Shown: positions 19,454 through 29,648 of the stretch, one piece after another
Numbering within the stretch: the stretch's first letter is position 1
Layout: each line of letters opens with the position of its first letter
Assembly (NCBI GenBank): GCA_963668315.1
Contig: OY764216.1
Coordinates: forward strand, 1,696,001-1,760,000
Direction: 5' to 3'
Origin: Spirochaetia bacterium
GTDB lineage: Bacteria > Spirochaetota > Spirochaetia > DSM-2461
Length of the DNA: 64,000 nt
Position numbers and translations under genes: made by a program
The notes under the pieces: model-generated
Seen by the model: the letters and a program-made list of their open reading frames with translations, nothing else
What the model was told of the DNA's origin: nothing
Database searches by the model: none

Positions 19454-21055
19454 ATGAGTGATGTAAAACAGACTGCCGCAATGATAGAAAACGGGCAGGC
19501 CGTGGTGGGCATAGAAATGGGATCCACCCGTATTAAAGCCGTTCTTATCGGACCGGATAACAGTCCGCTGGCCTCGGGAGGTCACGGCTGGGAGAATTCC
19601 CAGGTGGATGGTATCTGGACCTATCCGCTGGATGAGGTGTGGGAAGGCGTATCCTCCAGTTTTGTAAATCTGGCTAAAAATGTAAAGGAAAAATACGGCG
19701 TCTCCCTGACGAAATTGAAAGCCCTGGGATTCAGCGGCATGATGCACGGCTACATCGTTACCGATAAGGATGAGAAGCAGCTTGTTCCTTTCAGAACCTG
19801 GCGGAACAATATAACTGGCCAGGCTTCCGAAGAACTGGCGGAGCTTTTCAACTATCCCATTCCCCAGAGATGGAGCGTGGCCCATCTTTATCAGTCTATC
19901 CTCAATGGAGAGGAGCATGTGGGAAAAATCGATTATCTGACCACCCTGGCCGGATACGTCCACTGGCGCCTTACGGGAAGGAAAACCATGGGTATCGGAG
20001 AGGCTTCCGGAATGTTTCCCATCGACCTGAATACCAATGATTTTAACGAAGCCATGTGCGCCAAATTCGACGAGCGGGTCAGGGACAAGGGTTTCTCCTG
20101 GAAGATCAAAGAGATTCTTCCCGAGGTGCTTGTCGCCGGAGAGGAAGCGGGAGTGCTGACCGAAGAGGGGGCCCGGCTTCTTGATCCCACGGGAGCTCTG
20201 CAGGCAGGTATTCCCGTCTGTCCCCCCGAGGGCGATGCGGGAACGGGAATGGTCGCCACCAACAGCGTGGCGGTCAGGACGGGAAATGTCTCGGCCGGTA
20301 CTTCCGTTTTCGCCATGATCGTTCTGGAAAAGGAACTATCCCGGCTGCACCATGAGCTGGATCTGGTCACCACGCCCGACGGCCACCTGGTGGCCATGGC
20401 CCACTCGAACAACTGCAGTTCCGACTACGATGCCTGGATGAATCTCATCGGAGAGGCTGTGGAGGCCCTGGGACTGGAAGTCTCCAAACCCAAACTGTAT
20501 GACACGCTTCTTGAGCAGTCCCTCAAGGCCGATCCGGACTGCGGCGGTCTATTGAGCATCGGCTATGTCTCCGGCGAGCACATGACGGGATTTACCGAAG
20601 GGCGACCCCTGTTCGTCCGTTCTCCCGAGGGGAATTTCAATCTGGCCAATTTCATGAGATCCCACCTGTTCACCGCGCTCTGCGCCGTCCGTACGGGGCT
20701 GAATATCCTCTTTGACGAAGAGGGCGTGGAAGTGGATGAAATCCGGGGCCACGGGGGATTTTTCAAAGCCGCCGAAGTGGGGCAGAGAATCATGGCCGCC
20801 GCGACCAACACGCCCATTTCCATTCTGGAAACGGCGGGGGAAGGCGGCGCCTGGGGTATAGCCCTCCTGGCTTCCTATATGGTCAGGGATGATAAAAATC
20901 AGGATTTTCCCACCTTCCTCTCCGACGTATTCAAGGGAAGCATGGGGGCGGCGGTCAAGCCGGATCAGACCGATGCCGAAGGTTTTCAGAAATTCTTCAC
21001 CCGCTATCACCAGGGGCTGGAGATTGAACGAGCGGCCATAAAGAATCTTATTTAA
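19454..21055 (+). CDS. FGGY carbohydrate kinase (AraK-type ribulokinase/xylulokinase)
   Basis: [38 protein letters not shown]. Confidence 0.9.
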   Translation: MSDVKQTAAMIENGQAVVGIEMGSTRIKAVLIGPDNSPLASGGHGWENSQVDGIWTYPLDEVWEGVSSSFVNLAKNVKEKYGVSLTKLKALGFSGMMHGYIVTDKDEKQLVPFRTWRNNITGQASEELAELFNYPIPQRWSVAHLYQSILNGEEHVGKIDYLTTLAGYVHWRLTGRKTMGIGEASGMFPIDLNTNDFNEAMCAKFDERVRDKGFSWKIKEILPEVLVAGEEAGVLTEEGARLLDPTGALQAGIPVCPPEGDAGTGMVATNSVAVRTGNVSAGTSVFAMIVLEKELSRLHHELDLVTTPDGHLVAMAHSNNCSSDYDAWMNLIGEAVEALGLEVSKPKLYDTLLEQSLKADPDCGGLLSIGYVSGEHMTGFTEGRPLFVRSPEGNFNLANFMRSHLFTALCAVRTGLNILFDEEGVEVDEIRGHGGFFKAAEVGQRIMAAATNTPISILETAGEGGAWGIALLASYMVRDDKNQDFPTFLSDVFKGSMGAAVKPDQTDAEGFQKFFTRYHQGLEIERAAIKNLI

Positions 21056-21078
21056 GGGTTCTCTGATCTGCTGTGCAG

Positions 21079-21107
21079 GCCCGGGGCGAATGTCCCGGGC
21101 TTTTTTA
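21079..21107 (+). terminator. Intrinsic terminator
   Basis: GCCCGGG...CCCGGGC followed by TTTTTT. Confidence 0.85.
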
Positions 21108-21117
21108 TGGCGAGGGG

Positions 21118-21690
21118 CTACTGCCGGTCGGAGCCCAGCCGTCTGACTTCACCCGTTTCCAGATGGGTGAGGGAGCGGTGGTACCGGGGGTCCTTTCCTT
21201 CAAACCAGGCTTGCCCCAGCTGAAGGGCGTCGCCGTGGGATACGAGGATAATATCCCTGCCCGAGAAGCGGGATTCAAGATCTTCTATCAGAGAGGCAAT
21301 GCGGGCCGTTACTTCCCTGGGCGATTCCACCCCTTCCTTTTTGTTGTCCCCGTCCTTTTCGTCTTCCTTCCATACCAAAGCGTAATTGCTGTCGTCCCTG
21401 CCGTCATAGGCGCCGAAGAACCTCTCCCTTAACCGGGCATCCTCCCGGGGAGCGGCGCAGTTAAGGATACGGGAGGCAACGGCCGCCGTTTCCCTGGCCC
21501 TTACGAAATCGGATGTTATGATCAGAGTCTCTTCTCCCAGGCTGGAGCGGCTGACTCCCTCTTCCACCTGACGGCGGCCCTGGGCGGTGAGACCCCACCT
21601 TTTTGTCCCTTCATCGGGATGGCTGATGATCCGCCCCGCTTCATTGGCTTCGGAGCGGCCGTGGCGAAGAGCGTAATACCGATTATTCAA
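21118..21690 (-). CDS. Histidine phosphatase family protein
   Basis: LRHGRS, LRERFFG, VSHGD. Confidence 0.92.
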   Translation of the reverse strand: MNNRYYALRHGRSEANEAGRIISHPDEGTKRWGLTAQGRRQVEEGVSRSSLGEETLIITSDFVRARETAAVASRILNCAAPREDARLRERFFGAYDGRDDSNYALVWKEDEKDGDNKKEGVESPREVTARIASLIEDLESRFSGRDIILVSHGDALQLGQAWFEGKDPRYHRSLTHLETGEVRRLGSDRQ

Positions 21691-22477
21691 GACCGAATCC
21701 CTCTCTCTTAATTCTCTGATTGAAGTACATATTTACTGCGAAGCAGCTCTGGAGCCCGATGGATAAAATGACCACAGGGAGACTCAGGATGTAGTACAGA
21801 ATCGTGGATGCCATGCTGCCGCTGTTGCTCAGGAAAAGGCGCAGGATCCATTCCACCAGCTGGGAAGAGATCATATCCATGCCGATGAAAATCAGCCAGA
21901 ATACGATCCAGTAACCGGCCATCTGGAAGAACTCGCCCCGGATAAGAAGAAAAGAGCGCCTGAGACTTTCCCGGGGGGAACACTCCTCGAAAATGAGAAC
22001 CGGGTAGAGGAGGGACAAAAAGAGAGCGGCTACAAGGGCGCCGACTATCAGCACGAGAAATCCTCCCATGATTATCAGCGAAGAGAGGAGAGTTGCCAGC
22101 AGGATGGGAACGAATCTTTCAAGCCCTTTTTTTAGGGATGACGGAAGGTGCCAGTCATCTTCCCGGAGAAAAAAGGATTTGACGGCAATATCGTTTACCA
22201 TAAACTGGAAAAGGGGAGAGATCAGTATGATCAGGAGAAGGGAAAGGAAATAGGGCCCACTCTTAAAAGAGGAGAGCAGATCTTCCGTCATCTGGGCCGA
22301 TGCTGATACGGCGGAGAAAAACTCGCTGTTGGCGCTAAACATGTACTCCATGAGAGCCGTGGTAACGGCGGAGTACAAAGCCACGGGAATGAGAAAGCGG
22401 GAATAGTTCTTCAGGGTCATGCGAAAGGAGTGATCCAGCAACTGTCCCAGCTTATGGGGCTGTAGTGTTGTTTCCAT
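21683..22477 (-). CDS. Hypothetical integral membrane protein
   Basis: About 6 TM; overlaps the phosphatase start. Confidence 0.75.
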   Translation of the reverse strand: METTLQPHKLGQLLDHSFRMTLKNYSRFLIPVALYSAVTTALMEYMFSANSEFFSAVSASAQMTEDLLSSFKSGPYFLSLLLIILISPLFQFMVNDIAVKSFFLREDDWHLPSSLKKGLERFVPILLATLLSSLIIMGGFLVLIVGALVAALFLSLLYPVLIFEECSPRESLRRSFLLIRGEFFQMAGYWIVFWLIFIGMDMISSQLVEWILRLFLSNSGSMASTILYYILSLPVVILSIGLQSCFAVNMYFNQRIKREGFGLE

Positions 22478-22552
22478 AGTCCTATCATAGACTATTTTTA
22501 TAGCCGGGGGAAGACAGATTCAAGGCGGATGGGTTATACTGAAACAGTAAAC

Positions 22553-22610
22553 ACGCAACTTAAGGCCGGCGGTAGTCCTGCTGCCTGTCAGGCCATACAA
22601 CCAAAGGAGA
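22553..22610 (+). ncRNA. Single copy of the candidate leader RNA motif
   Basis: GCAACT-TAAGGCC..GGTAG/CTGCC..TG..GGCC-ATACAACC-AAAGGAG; same layout as 76-165. Confidence 0.45.
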
Positions 22611-22615
22611 CATAT

Positions 22616-23668
22616 ATGTCCTATGTAATCGGCGGAATACAGCAGCTGGGAGTGGGGACGCCCGACGAAAACAGATCCTGTGACTGGTATGCCCGGGTTT
22701 TCGGCATGACGACGCCTATCTTCAGAGAAGCCGCGCCTGCCCCCTTTATGACCCGTTATACGGGAGGGGAAGTTCAGTCACGCTCGGCGACACTTGCCAT
22801 CAACCTCCAGGGGGGCAGCGGTTTTGAGATATGGCAGTATACCAGCCGTAAGTCCGCACCTCCGGAATTTACCATTCAGGCCGGTGATCTGGGAATCCTC
22901 TACGGAAAGATCAAATCCTCCGATCTCGAGGGAGCCTTCGCCCGCATGAAAAAGGAAGGGGTGGAGATCCTTTCCGGGAAAATCATGTCCCTTCCCGACG
23001 GCAGGGGATGTTTTTATATCAGGGACCCCTGGAAGAATATCTTTCAGATTCTGGAGGATAATGATTTTTTCCAGAAGGGAAAATTCCCCACCGGCGGCCC
23101 TTGCGGTGCCGTCATCGGCGTTTCCGACTGCGACAGGGCCATGACTTTCTACAGGGAGATCCTCGGCTATGATCTGGTCATAGAGGACAGTAAGGGGCAT
23201 TATGATGATCTCGAGGCTCTGCCCGGAGGCGAGGGTGAGTTCAGGAGAGTTCTTCTGAGCCATTCCCAATCTCCCAGCGGGCCCTTCGCTCCCGTTTTCG
23301 GAACCAGTTATATAGAACTGATCCAGGCTCTGGACAGAGCCCCCGTGAAAATCTTCAAGGACAGATTCTGGGGGGATCAGGGATTCATTCATCTCTGCTT
23401 TGATATCCTGGGAATGGAGGATCTGAAAAACGCCTGCGAGAAAGCGGGACACCCCTTCACGGTAGACAGCGCCGACTCTTTCAACATGGGCGAGGCGGCA
23501 GGACATTTCACGTATATTGAAGATCCTGACGGAGCTCTGATCGAGTTTGTGGAAACCCATAAGATCCCCCTTCTGAAAAAATTGAACTGGTATCTGGATC
23601 TCAGGAAAAGGGAGGGGAAGCCTCTTCCCAGGTGGATGCTCAAAATGCTTAAGACCAATAAGTATTAG
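22616..23668 (+). CDS. VOC/glyoxalase family protein (two VOC domains)
   Basis: GIQQLGVG, YIRDPWKNIFQI, HLCFDI, YIEDPDGALIEFVE. Confidence 0.88.
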   Translation: MSYVIGGIQQLGVGTPDENRSCDWYARVFGMTTPIFREAAPAPFMTRYTGGEVQSRSATLAINLQGGSGFEIWQYTSRKSAPPEFTIQAGDLGILYGKIKSSDLEGAFARMKKEGVEILSGKIMSLPDGRGCFYIRDPWKNIFQILEDNDFFQKGKFPTGGPCGAVIGVSDCDRAMTFYREILGYDLVIEDSKGHYDDLEALPGGEGEFRRVLLSHSQSPSGPFAPVFGTSYIELIQALDRAPVKIFKDRFWGDQGFIHLCFDILGMEDLKNACEKAGHPFTVDSADSFNMGEAAGHFTYIEDPDGALIEFVETHKIPLLKKLNWYLDLRKREGKPLPRWMLKMLKTNKY

Positions 23669-23671
23669 GGC

Positions 23672-23700
23672 AAAAAAAAGCCGGTCTTATACCGGCTTTT
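23672..23700. terminator. Bidirectional intrinsic terminator
   Basis: A8-GCCGGT-CTTAT-ACCGGC-TTTT. Confidence 0.85.
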
Positions 23701-23749
23701 GTGCTGATCGGTGTTGCTTCACAGGGAAGGTCGCCGATTCAGTTCTCAT

Positions 23750-23839
23750 TCAATTACCGTATCTATTCAGTAGATCCGGCTTGAATATATAATTGTCTTC
23801 CCGGGTCTTCCGGGTCTGCATCTTGGGTGGATTTGACAA
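23750..23839 (-). CDS. Putative small protein (29 aa) or part of an sRNA
   Basis: SD GGAGGTG, TTG start, MSNPPKMQTRKTREDNYIFKPDLLNRYGN*; own promoter and terminator. Confidence 0.4.
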   Translation of the reverse strand: MSNPPKMQTRKTREDNYIFKPDLLNRYGN

Positions 23840-23868
23840 CTATCACCTCCCCTCTTATGCATATTATA

Positions 23869-23897
23869 AGTTTAGCCCTTGATTGACGGGATGTCAA
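23869..23897 (-). promoter_or_regulatory. Sigma-70 promoter
   Basis: TTGACA-N17-TAAACT on the minus strand. Confidence 0.65.
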
Positions 23898-23970
23898 TTT
23901 TTTATGAAAAAAAACATAAAAATATTTTGAATCAAACCGCGGCTCTCCGCGGAGAAACAAGGAGTAATGG

Positions 23971-24471
23971 ATGAAGAAGACAGTTATGGCGTTTCTGATG
24001 TTTGCGGTCCTGGCTGCCCTGGCGGGAGCTCAGGAAATCACCGGTTACTGGAAGACTATCGATGATGTCACGGGAGAGGTGAAATCCATCTGCGGTGTCT
24101 ATGAAAAGGGCGGGAAGGTCTACGGAAGGATTCTGGCCATCTTCGAGGAAGGGGCATACCTGGAGGATTACCGCCGGCCTGCCAAAGTGGCCGAGGAAGT
24201 CCCGGGCGCTCCTTTTTATTGCGGTCTTGATTTCATCTGGGATATGGAGCTTAAGGGGAGCAGCTACAAGAAGGGCTCCATCATGGATCCCGAGAACGGC
24301 AAGGTGTACGCCTGTGAAATCTGGCGTGAGGGAAGCAATCTGATGGTTCGGGGCAAAATCGGTCCCTTCGGGAGAAACCAGACCTGGGTGCCCGTGGACG
24401 GTTCGGAGGGGTTGCCTGCCGATCTGACTCTGCCCTCCCTGAGCAGTTTCACTCCGGTTATTCCCCGGTAA
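23971..24471 (+). CDS. Exported DUF2147-family protein
   Basis: Signal peptide, GYWKTIDD, GSIMDPENGKVY, GRNQTW. Confidence 0.85.
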   Translation: MKKTVMAFLMFAVLAALAGAQEITGYWKTIDDVTGEVKSICGVYEKGGKVYGRILAIFEEGAYLEDYRRPAKVAEEVPGAPFYCGLDFIWDMELKGSSYKKGSIMDPENGKVYACEIWREGSNLMVRGKIGPFGRNQTWVPVDGSEGLPADLTLPSLSSFTPVIPR

Positions 24472-25861
24472 AGTCCCTGCCCCGGTATTTTTTCAGGGGC
24501 AGCATTTTCATCGTTCCCGGCTGGGCGAAAGACCGGGAGCGGGATTCGGACAGAATTGCCGTCATCCGGCGGATTTTCTCCGAGTTCAAAAGGCCGCACA
24601 GATATTCCGCCTCTTCCCGGGAGTCGCAGGCTATATAGGCATGCATGGCCTGGTTGGGAATGGCATCGGTGATCACCGCCGCTTCCAGTCTTTTCGCTCC
24701 CATGGCACGCCAGATGACTTTATAGGGCGCAAACGTATAGGGTCCGATGCCGAAGAGGGCATACCAGTTTTTCCGGGCAAAGCGGGATTTCCTCCCTTCC
24801 AGCTTCTTCCTGCAGGAACAGAGATAGCGCCATGCCCGGGGATAGGACTCCGCAAGATCTCCCTCGGTCAGAAGTTCTCCCCTTTGTGAATAGGGAAGAA
24901 GCACCCACCGGCTTGCTTCGGCCCTGTTCTCCTCCACGTCCCCGCTCCTAAGAAGGGGGCGGATCAGCTCCTCTTCCAGATCCGGCTTACGGTCGAAGAA
25001 GAAGACACCATTGGCTCCCAGGGTGTTGATCCCCTGTCTGATGGAGTACTCCGAGCCCTGCTCCAGGGAGAGGTCCTCCTCGATAAGCAGGCCGTTTTTT
25101 CTGATGAGGAAACTCTCTTCTTTCTCCTTCTCATAGGGCAGGGGATAGATCGTTTCTCCTCCCCGTGTTCCCATGATATAAAAACAGCTGCGGTTCGTAT
25201 GGAGGAAGGCGTCGGTATGGGAGATATCCACGATCCGCTCCACCGAGATTCCCCTGAATTCCCTGAAGTTTTCCGTGGCCCGGTTTCCCTTGATCAGGGA
25301 GTTGGGAAGGATAACGGCGAATCGGCCCCCTTTCCGGAGATAGGTATTAAGGGAGTGGTAGAATACCAGGGCGGCAATATCTCCCCGGCTGTCCCCCAGA
25401 AGGAGGGAGAAGCCCTTCTGAACGGGCAGATAACCGGTCCAGAGAGGTTTGATCTCCTCGCGGTAGGATTCGGGAAGATCGGCATAATTGATGAAGGGCG
25501 GATTGCCCAGGTAGAGATCGCAGGGGGGAATGGGGAATGTGTCCAGGAGAATATCTCCCTGGAAGAAATGCAGGTTTTCAACCCTGTCCAGAAGGGGGGC
25601 CAGGGCTTCGAAAATCGCCGGATTCCTCTCCACCCCGTAGAATGTTTTCTCCGGAAAACGGCGTGCCAGGGGCAGGAGGAAATTGCATGATCCCGCCGTC
25701 GTATCCACGACGGAATTAATCTGAGAGAAATCTATGCGCTGGCAAATTTCCTCCACCACATGGGGTGCGGTAAAGAAAATCCCCTCCTCCAGCTTTGTCT
25801 TCCGGTCAATCCGGCTCTCTATGGAGGATATGTCCACCTGGTCATCCGTCGTTGGCATCAC
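24458..25861 (-). CDS. Amino-DNA methyltransferase (N6-adenine, TaqI/Eco57I-like), orphan
   Basis: FFTAP, DTTAGSCNFL (motif I), GNPPF (motif IV), C-terminal specificity region. Confidence 0.8.
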   Translation of the reverse strand: MMPTTDDQVDISSIESRIDRKTKLEEGIFFTAPHVVEEICQRIDFSQINSVVDTTAGSCNFLLPLARRFPEKTFYGVERNPAIFEALAPLLDRVENLHFFQGDILLDTFPIPPCDLYLGNPPFINYADLPESYREEIKPLWTGYLPVQKGFSLLLGDSRGDIAALVFYHSLNTYLRKGGRFAVILPNSLIKGNRATENFREFRGISVERIVDISHTDAFLHTNRSCFYIMGTRGGETIYPLPYEKEKEESFLIRKNGLLIEEDLSLEQGSEYSIRQGINTLGANGVFFFDRKPDLEEELIRPLLRSGDVEENRAEASRWVLLPYSQRGELLTEGDLAESYPRAWRYLCSCRKKLEGRKSRFARKNWYALFGIGPYTFAPYKVIWRAMGAKRLEAAVITDAIPNQAMHAYIACDSREEAEYLCGLLNSEKIRRMTAILSESRSRSFAQPGTMKMLPLKKYRGRDFTGE

Positions 25862-25936
25862 CCGTCAGGATAGAGCAGCCGGGCGGAGCTGTCAACATCC
25901 TCTTGATTCCCCGGGCCGGGGCTGATACTATTCCCC

Positions 25937-26773
25937 ATGGCCGTTCCCTTTTATAAAAACAAATTAGAAAGCCGGGAAATCACCGGGCCTTCCCTGTGGG
26001 CGGAATATATGCTCAGCCGGGGCCGGTTCGAAGATTTTCATCCCCCGGAGATCATGTTTCTCCTCTGGCAGAAGCCCCTTTTCAACTGGATCAAGTCCCG
26101 CTACTCCCACATCCGGCAGAACGGCTTTCAGGGGGAGACCATTCTTCTCGACGGAACACTCTCCCATGAGAAGAAGACCGTGGAACCCAGAATCGGAGTT
26201 TCCTGCGGATTCGGCATAGGCGGCCCATCCGCCGTCCTGGCCATGGAGGCTTTCGCCGCTCTGGGGGTCACCCGCTTCATCGGTCTCGGAACCGCTGGCG
26301 GTCTCCTGGGCCAAGAGGAGTTGAGTCTGCCCTACGGGGACAGAACCGTTAAAACGGGGGATATTATTCTTCCCGACCGGGCTGTCCGGGATGAAGGTAC
26401 CAGCTACCATTATCTGGAGGACGGAGAGGATGCGGTTCCCGATGGGGAAGAAAGGGTGAGACTGGAAAATCTTTTAACCGACGAAGGGCTTACCTGCAGA
26501 AAAGGCCTTATCTGGACGACCGATGCCTTTTTCCGGGAAACCGAAGGAGAGATCGACGCCTATCTGAAGCAGGGAGCCCTGGCCGTTGATATGGAAGCGG
26601 CCTCCCTGTATGCCTGCGCCCGGAAGAGGGGACTGTCCGCCGCTTCGCTTTTCGTCATCAGCGATATCCTGACACGGGAGGGCTGGGCTCCCGAATTCCA
26701 TCATGTTAATATCATGACGACTATGAAGCGGCTTTTTGAGATCAGCTCGGGCCTCTCTCAGACAGGGGGCTGA
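25937..26773 (+). CDS. Nucleoside phosphorylase (PNP/UDP family)
   Basis: GIGGP, RDEGTSYHY, WTTDAFFRET, VDMEAA. Confidence 0.92.
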   Translation: MAVPFYKNKLESREITGPSLWAEYMLSRGRFEDFHPPEIMFLLWQKPLFNWIKSRYSHIRQNGFQGETILLDGTLSHEKKTVEPRIGVSCGFGIGGPSAVLAMEAFAALGVTRFIGLGTAGGLLGQEELSLPYGDRTVKTGDIILPDRAVRDEGTSYHYLEDGEDAVPDGEERVRLENLLTDEGLTCRKGLIWTTDAFFRETEGEIDAYLKQGALAVDMEAASLYACARKRGLSAASLFVISDILTREGWAPEFHHVNIMTTMKRLFEISSGLSQTGG

Positions 26774-28185
26774 TCCTTTCCGGTCAGCCGTGCCAGGCGC
26801 TTAGGATCGATTTCCACGGTCAGGTTCTTTTCCCGGGTGGGGAGAACCGTTCCCTGAGCGGCTCCTTTAGCTCTTCTGAGGTATTTGACTTCCGTATAGT
26901 AGAGGTCCCCCTTTCCCGATCTGGGGGCGCGGCTGTAGTGGAGAGCCAGATTCCCCGCGTCAAGAAGTGTCTCCAGGGGGACGGACTTACCCTTGATCGT
27001 TTTTATAAAAACATAGCCGCCCGGCCAGTCCCGTGAGTGGAACCACAGGTCGTTGCCTCTCACGTGATGGCGAAGAAGCATGTCGTTTTCAGCGGAATTA
27101 CGCCCCACCAGAATGAGAAAGGATCCGGAGTTGAACTGAAGGCCGGGCAGGGGACTGTCGTTTTTGGTCTTCCTTTCCTTTTCCAGGGTAATCAGGGTCT
27201 GGAGCTTCTCCCTGTCCGACAGGAAGGGAAGATCCTCCCGTTCTTTTTCTATGTCCTTGAGGCGGAGAAGAATCTGCTCCTTCTCTTCCCGGGCCAGGCT
27301 TTCCCCCGTTTTGGATTTTTTATACCGCTTGTAATAGCGTTCCCCGTTTTCCACGGGGGACAGTTTCGGGTCCAGCTCCAGTACGGTCTGGATCTCTTCC
27401 CCGTCCTCATCATAGGTCATGATCTCCAACCGGCTGTCGCCCCGCTTGATCAAATAGAGATGGGCCATGATCGCATCGCCCCAGAGTTTATAATTTTCCC
27501 CGTGACCGTAGTCGGCTATCCGATTTTCCAGCTTTTCCAGTCTTCCCTCGAGACGGCGTTTCTCCGCCTTGAGACAGCGTTCGGCCTCTTCCCGCAGACG
27601 GTCAAGATCGGTATCGCTCTCTTTCTCTTCGTAAAAGTTTTCGATCCTGCTGTTGTAAGATCCCTCCCCGGGTAGTTCCCTGGCTAAAAAACGGTCCGTA
27701 TGGAGGGGGGCGGGATCGGAAAGCTCTTCCAGGGGATTATAATATTTTCCGGGAACTTCGCCCCGGTTGGGACGGCGGGAGAAAACATCAACAATTTTAT
27801 GTCCGCCGTCGGTAACCAGAATATTGGCGCTGTTTTCCCACAGCTTTATATACAGACGGCAGTCCTCTCCCCCCCGGTGGATGGTGAACCATACGATTCT
27901 TTCCCGGCCTACCTGTCCGTAGTCTGCCACTTTGCCCCCCTTGAGGCGTGCTTTAAGAAAGGTGGTGAACCGGGGAGGTCGGGGAAGGGCCTTCCGCTTC
28001 TGTTTCGTTGTGTGAATACGCAGGGCCCCCTGCTTCAGGGAAACAAGAAGATTCGTCCCCCCGGAAGGCCCGTAGAATTGAAAGAGGATATGGTGATAGT
28101 CAAATTGCCGGATTTCCTGGAGAAAGGCGTGGGATAGATCCCATTCCGTCATCAGCCGGTCAATCTCTCTCCAGTTTAAGGACAT
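26758..28185 (-). CDS. NFACT/Rqc2 family ribosome quality-control protein (RqcH-like)
   Basis: ERIV, ANILVTD, LDPKLSPVEN, VGRNSAEND, WFHSRDWPG. Confidence 0.9.
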   Translation of the reverse strand: MSLNWREIDRLMTEWDLSHAFLQEIRQFDYHHILFQFYGPSGGTNLLVSLKQGALRIHTTKQKRKALPRPPRFTTFLKARLKGGKVADYGQVGRERIVWFTIHRGGEDCRLYIKLWENSANILVTDGGHKIVDVFSRRPNRGEVPGKYYNPLEELSDPAPLHTDRFLARELPGEGSYNSRIENFYEEKESDTDLDRLREEAERCLKAEKRRLEGRLEKLENRIADYGHGENYKLWGDAIMAHLYLIKRGDSRLEIMTYDEDGEEIQTVLELDPKLSPVENGERYYKRYKKSKTGESLAREEKEQILLRLKDIEKEREDLPFLSDREKLQTLITLEKERKTKNDSPLPGLQFNSGSFLILVGRNSAENDMLLRHHVRGNDLWFHSRDWPGGYVFIKTIKGKSVPLETLLDAGNLALHYSRAPRSGKGDLYYTEVKYLRRAKGAAQGTVLPTREKNLTVEIDPKRLARLTGKDQPPV

Positions 28186-29033
28186 TAAACCTCCAGTCCC
28201 GCGGCCACGTCTTTGAAGACTTTAGCCGTTACCGATTCGGGATGGGTCTGGATAAAGACGTCTCCCCGTTCGCAGGCAACCATCAATGCCGGGTCCAGGG
28301 GCACCTCGCCCAGGAACGCCACGTTTTCGTCCTTGGCCATTTTCTGGCCTCCCCCGGTGGAGAAAATATCGGTTCTCGTACCGCATTCGGGACAGACAAA
28401 GCCGCTCATATTTTCTATGACGCCCAGTACGGGCAGCTTGAGTTTCCGGCAGAAGTCTATGCTGCGCCGGCAGTCGGAGAGGGATACTTCCTGGGGAGTG
28501 GTCACGATGACCGCTCCGTCGGCGTCTTCGATAAGCTGGCAGGCCGAGAGGGCCTCGTCTCCGGTTCCGGGAGGGAAGTCGATGATCAGGTAATCCAGTT
28601 CTCCCCACTCCACGTCCTTGAGCAGCTGCTCGAGAACGCCCATCTTCATGGGACCGCGCCATACCACGGCGGCTTTGTCGTCGGGAACGAGAAAACCAAC
28701 GGACATCAGTTTTACCCCGTTGGATTCAATGGGAATGATCGTCTGCTCCGGTGTGCCTTCGGCCCTCATATGCTGAACGGAAAACATGCGGGGAATGGAA
28801 GGACCGTGGAAGTCTATATCCAGAAGACCTACCTTCTTTCCCATTGTTGCGAGGGTTGATGCCAGATTGGCCGATACGGAGCTTTTTCCCACGCCGCCCT
28901 TACCGGACATAACCATTACTTTATGTTTGATATTATTCAGGCGTTCTTTCAGTTGCGCCTTTGCCTGTTTTTCTCTGTCGTCGCAGTTGTCATTGCTGGC
29001 GCAGTTTCCGCAGTTGCCGTCACATTCGCTCAT
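28185..29033 (-). CDS. mrp: Mrp/NBP35 Fe-S cluster carrier ATPase
   Basis: SGKGGVGKS, WRGPM, DFPPGTGD, ENMSGFVCPEC; Cys-rich N-terminus. Confidence 0.95.
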   Translation of the reverse strand: MSECDGNCGNCASNDNCDDREKQAKAQLKERLNNIKHKVMVMSGKGGVGKSSVSANLASTLATMGKKVGLLDIDFHGPSIPRMFSVQHMRAEGTPEQTIIPIESNGVKLMSVGFLVPDDKAAVVWRGPMKMGVLEQLLKDVEWGELDYLIIDFPPGTGDEALSACQLIEDADGAVIVTTPQEVSLSDCRRSIDFCRKLKLPVLGVIENMSGFVCPECGTRTDIFSTGGGQKMAKDENVAFLGEVPLDPALMVACERGDVFIQTHPESVTAKVFKDVAAGLEV

Positions 29034-29188
29034 AAGAGCCTCCTATTCATACGTGCCGGCTTTCTGGTTTCTGCTGTCGGCATCGCTTATTCCCTTGATT
29101 TTCCGGGAGTCCGTCGTATAAAATCTGACCGACTCCTAGTAAAAATACTTAAAATAGGAGGTCGAATCAAGTATAAGGGGATTAAAGA

Positions 29189-29647
29189 TTGAAAGCTGTT
29201 GTACAGAGAGTTAGCCGGGCCTCCGTTACGGTTCACAGGGCAGAGGATAGGTCCGTCCGATCCATCGGAGAAGGGCTCATGATTCTACTGGGCGTGGGAC
29301 CGGAGGACGGGGAGGGTGATGCGGACTATCTGGTGAGGAAGATCCTGAATATGAGAATCTTTACCGACGGGGAAGGAAAAATGAATCTTTCCGTTCTGGA
29401 CAGGGGAGGGGAGGTGCTCGTGGTGAGTCAGTTCACCCTCTACGCCGATACGAAGAAAGGAAATCGCCCCTCCTTCAACGGCTCCGCGCCGCCGGCTCAT
29501 GCCATTCCCCTGTACGAATCCTTTGTCGGCAAAACTGAGGCCCTCCTGGGAAAAAAAGTACCTACCGGGGAATTCGGGGCAAAGATGGAAGTGGATCTGG
29601 TTAATGACGGCCCTGTGACAATTCTTATGGACTCCCGGGAGAGATAG
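29189..29647 (+). CDS. dtd: D-aminoacyl-tRNA deacylase
   Basis: VVQRV, SQFTL, GNRPSF, NDGPVT. Confidence 0.97.
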   Translation: MKAVVQRVSRASVTVHRAEDRSVRSIGEGLMILLGVGPEDGEGDADYLVRKILNMRIFTDGEGKMNLSVLDRGGEVLVVSQFTLYADTKKGNRPSFNGSAPPAHAIPLYESFVGKTEALLGKKVPTGEFGAKMEVDLVNDGPVTILMDSRER

Positions 29648-29648
29648 A

